Source of the DNA: Flavobacteriales bacterium
GTDB lineage: Bacteria > Bacteroidota > Bacteroidia > Flavobacteriales_C > GCA-002722245
Assembly (NCBI GenBank): GCA_947444925.1
Contig: CANFBW010000012.1
Coordinates: 4,281 to 68,280 of the forward strand
Direction: 5' to 3'
DNA: 64,000 bases
Shown: positions 60,949 through 64,000 of the stretch, in pieces
How the letters are laid out: the number at the start of each line of letters is the position of its first letter
Numbering within the stretch: position 1 is the first letter of the stretch
Position numbers and translations under genes: made by a program
The notes under the pieces: generated by a model
The model's input: only the letters and a program-made list of their open reading frames with translations
Databases searched by the model: none
What the model was told of the DNA's origin: nothing

Positions 60949-62736
60949 TTAGTTTTTAAATTGCATTTCGCTCAGTTTTCTATACAGTCCATTTTCCTTT
61001 TGAGAAAGTTCTAAGTGCGTACCCAATTCGACAACTTGTCCATCATTGATCACAGCAATTTGATCGGCTTTCTTAATGGTTGCCAAACGGTGGGCAATGA
61101 CTATTGATGTTCGGTTTTGCATCAGTTTGTCGAGGGCGTCTTGCACCAAGTGTTCTGACTCTGAGTCGAGAGCGCTTGTAGCTTCATCGAGAATCAGTAC
61201 CGATGGGTTTTTTAGCACCGCGCGTGCAATGGCGACGCGCTGTTTTTGCCCGCCCGACAATTGTATTCCTCTATCGCCCACCAAGGTTTTATAGCCTTCG
61301 GGAAAGCCTGTGATGAAGTCGTGTGCATTTGCTTTTTTAGCTGCCTCAACTACTTCTTCATCGCTTGCGTTGGGTTTGCCGTAACGGATATTTTCGGCAA
61401 TGCTTCCTCCAAATAAAATCACTTCTTGCGGCACATAAGCAATGTGACTGCGCAGTGCGCTTAGTCCATAGTTATTGAAGCCTTTATCGTCGATCAGTAT
61501 TTCGCCGCTTACGGGTTGGTAAAAACCAAGAAGGAGTGAGGCAATGGTTGATTTTCCTGAGCCGGAAGCGCCAACAAGTGCCAGTGTTTGTCCTGCATTT
61601 ACTTTTAAATTAATCTTGTTCAAAACGGTAACGCTCGGCCGTGATTCATAAAAGAAGCTCACCGTTTTTAATTCAATGTCTCCTTTTATTTTAAAGTCGG
61701 CTTTTACAGGAGTTGCAGTTGTTATGGCTTCTGTAGGCTCCAGCATCATGTTCATTAAGTTTTCAGTGGCACCAATTGTTTTTTGAATTTTAGCATAAAG
61801 GTCCGGAAACGACCCTATCGAGGTGCCAAGCATCACTGTAATAAATATGAATTGAAAAAATTCAGCCTGAGAAATCTCACCGGTTTGCACCAATTCAATG
61901 CCTTGCCAAATAATGAATACCACCGATCCGAGCATCACAGTGAGGATGAACGCAATGAATATTCCGCGCCAAAGCGCTGATTTTAAAGAAGTGCTGCGGA
62001 TATTGTTGATGGCGTCAGTATAGGAGCTGATTTCGAAAAATTCATTGGTGTACGCTTTTAAATTTTTGATGCCCACCAAAGATTCTTCGAGGACAGAATT
62101 GGATTGGGCGGCTTCGTCTTGCGCTTTGCGCGATAATTTCTTGATAAACTTACCAAAGATCATGGCTGAAATGGCTACCAATGGTACTATGGCCAGCATG
62201 ATGAGTGACAATTGTGGAGAGAAGTAGAAGATGAGTCCGAGTCCAGCAGCAATCACAATAATTTGTCGCACGAATTCGGCCAAGGTGGTCGCTAATGTTT
62301 CTTCAATTTGTTGCGTATCGGTGGCGATGCGGGAGGTCAGTTCGCCCACTTTGTTTTTGTCGAAGAAAGACATAGGCGACGACACCAAGTGCTGAAAAGC
62401 AGCAAGACGCAAGTCGCGCAAGGTACTTTGCGTTACATAACTAAAGGTGTATACTCTAAAAAACGAAAAAATAGCTTGGGCGGGAAGAAGTATGGCTAAC
62501 ATCATTAAAATGTTGCCCATGTTGTCACTTTGGTTGACGTGTATATCGATCGGCACAGATGCGCCATAGTTGGTGCCCAATAGTTTTCCAAGCAAAACGG
62601 GAAGTGCGATGGATGTTATGCTCGTCAATACTAAAAATACAAAGCCCACCGCATACCACGAGGAATAAGGTTTTAAGTAAATTAAAAAGCTTTTTGCTTT
62701 TTTAAAATCGGCTTTTGGTTTTTTCTCTTTAGACAT
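60949..62736 (-). CDS. ABC exporter with fused transmembrane and ATP-binding domains (MsbA/ABCB-like)
   Basis: Six-TM N-terminus, GASGSGKS, LSGGQKQR and LDEATSALD motifs. Confidence 0.9.
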   Translation of the reverse strand: MSKEKKPKADFKKAKSFLIYLKPYSSWYAVGFVFLVLTSITSIALPVLLGKLLGTNYGASVPIDIHVNQSDNMGNILMMLAILLPAQAIFSFFRVYTFSYVTQSTLRDLRLAAFQHLVSSPMSFFDKNKVGELTSRIATDTQQIEETLATTLAEFVRQIIVIAAGLGLIFYFSPQLSLIMLAIVPLVAISAMIFGKFIKKLSRKAQDEAAQSNSVLEESLVGIKNLKAYTNEFFEISSYTDAINNIRSTSLKSALWRGIFIAFILTVMLGSVVFIIWQGIELVQTGEISQAEFFQFIFITVMLGTSIGSFPDLYAKIQKTIGATENLMNMMLEPTEAITTATPVKADFKIKGDIELKTVSFFYESRPSVTVLNKINLKVNAGQTLALVGASGSGKSTIASLLLGFYQPVSGEILIDDKGFNNYGLSALRSHIAYVPQEVILFGGSIAENIRYGKPNASDEEVVEAAKKANAHDFITGFPEGYKTLVGDRGIQLSGGQKQRVAIARAVLKNPSVLILDEATSALDSESEHLVQDALDKLMQNRTSIVIAHRLATIKKADQIAVINDGQVVELGTHLELSQKENGLYRKLSEMQFKN

Positions 62737-63001
62737 GCTGCAAATTTATTGTAAACTATAGTGAATCTGTCACGATTGTGTTATTTTCTTTTTAAAAGTG
62801 AAGAGCTTGTACTTTGTTTTGCATTCTTATCTTTGTGTTGCTGTACAAGTGCAAAATGGCTTGCATACAATTATTTGCAATACTCTAGTGTTTGTTTTAA
62901 AGATGTATGTGTCATGCGGAAAACACAAGTTTTTGGATTGCCATAGTTTAGGGGATTTTTTTGCGTTTGTAAAATAATCTTTCAACTTATTTTACAAATG
63001 T

Positions 63002-63032
63002 TTTGCAGATCACGGAAAAACTCCTACATTTG
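63002..63032 (+). promoter_or_regulatory. Bacteroidota housekeeping promoter of rpmH
   Basis: TTTG (63002-05), a 19-bp spacer, then TACATTTG (63025-32), matching the -33/-7 consensus. Confidence 0.7.
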
Positions 63033-63066
63033 CCACCCTGTTACAAGGAATTAAAAATTTATAGCA

Positions 63067-63225
63067 ATGTTAAGAACATTTCAACCTTCCGTTAGGAAAA
63101 GAAAAAATAAGCACGGATTCCGTTCAAGAATGGAAACTGCGAATGGCCGTAGAGTATTAGCTAAGAGAAGAGCTAAAGGCAGAAAAAAATTAACTGTATC
63201 TGACGAGAGAAGACACAAACGTTAA
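63067..63225 (+). CDS. rpmH: 50S ribosomal protein L34 (absent from the ORF track)
   Basis: Translated by hand: [52 protein letters not shown]. Confidence 0.96.
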   Translation: MLRTFQPSVRKRKNKHGFRSRMETANGRRVLAKRRAKGRKKLTVSDERRHKR

Positions 63226-63249
63226 TATGATTTGACGATTGATATATTT

Positions 63250-63280
63250 AAAAAAGGAAGTTGAAAAACTTCCTTTTTTT
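63250..63280 (+). terminator. Intrinsic terminator after rpmH
   Basis: AAAAAAGGAAGTT-GAAA-AACTTCCTTTTTTT. Confidence 0.8.
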
Positions 63281-63449
63281 ATGTGTAAAACTTTGGAAAA
63301 CTTGTTCGTTGAAACAAAGGTGATAAAATTAATTTTGCAAAATAATACAATGCGTTTAAAGAACACTGTACAAAGAGTAAAGTTGCCCGCTTCAGCCTGA
63401 CTTTATTTGAATACAAGCACTTTGAACCTAAACTTTGAACTAAATAGAT

Positions 63450-64000
63450 ATGCCTAGAGATACTTCCATCAAATCGGTCCTCATTATTGGTAGCGGCCCC
63501 ATCATTATCGGACAAGCGTGTGAATTCGACTATGCCGGATCACAAGCATCACGTTCATTGAGAGATGAAGGTATTGAAGTGTCATTGATCAACTCCAATC
63601 CTGCAACAATTATGACCGACCCGGTGGTGGCCGATCACGTTTACTTGTTGCCCTTGACGGTGGAGTCGATTGAGTTGATTTTAAAGGAAAGAAAAATTGA
63701 TGCGGTTTTGCCAACAATGGGTGGACAAACGGCATTGAACCTTTGTATTGAATGTGATAAAGTTGGTTTGTGGAAAAAATACAACATCAAAATGATTGGT
63801 GTTGATATTGACGCTATTGAAATCACTGAAAATAGAGATAAGTTTCGTCAGTTGATGGATCAAATAGGTATTGGTCAAGCTCCTTCTCGCATTGTTCGTT
63901 CGTTTTTGGAAGGAAAAGAATTTGCGCAAGAGATCGGTTTTCCTTTAGTGATCCGTCCTTCCTATACTTTGGGTGGAACAGGCGCAGCATTTGTGCATGT
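63450..64000 (+). CDS. carB: Carbamoyl-phosphate synthase large subunit (5' part, runs off the window)
   Basis: Translated by hand: MPRDTSIKSVLIIGSGPIIIGQACEFDYAGSQA...NSNPATIMTD...PTMGGQTALN...RPSYTLGG. Confidence 0.95.
   Translation, partial: MPRDTSIKSVLIIGSGPIIIGQACEFDYAGSQASRSLRDEGIEVSLINSNPATIMTDPVVADHVYLLPLTVESIELILKERKIDAVLPTMGGQTALNLCIECDKVGLWKKYNIKMIGVDIDAIEITENRDKFRQLMDQIGIGQAPSRIVRSFLEGKEFAQEIGFPLVIRPSYTLGGTGAAFVH

Noticed and set aside
62737-63066. Replication origin next to rpmH
   Set aside because: No dnaA gene and no TTATCCACA DnaA-box cluster is visible.
1-64000. CRISPR array, tRNA, rRNA, prophage or IS element
   Set aside because: I saw no regularly spaced repeat-spacer units, cloverleafs, rRNA-like sequence or mobile-element genes.

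Overview
A 64 kb AT-rich chromosomal segment from a Bacteroidota bacterium, inferred from type IX secretion C-terminal domains and TAnnTTTG-type promoters. It carries a nitrate assimilation locus split into two operons: nirB-nirD-fused nitrate reductase-rubredoxin protein-Moco genes-Crp/Fnr, and porin-nrtABD-Crp/Fnr. It also has five large T9SS-secreted enzymes (GH81, GH16, two tandem metalloproteases, one lysozyme-like protein), an orphan xylA-like gene, and housekeeping genes (biotin carboxylase, norspermidine pathway, prmC, argS, ffh, folD, rpmH, start of carB). Main finding: each Crp/Fnr gene is followed directly by a 213-bp element made of four nested inverted-repeat pairs (21364-21576 and 31328-31540). 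The two copies differ at about 10 positions but are related by layer-by-layer inversion: the outer arms are swapped, the middle layer keeps its orientation, and the innermost loop is flipped. Each copy carries an open small ORF coupled to the regulator's stop codon. Second finding: the XylA homologue has three of its metal-binding Asp residues replaced by Asn. All comparisons were made by eye and no databases were searched.
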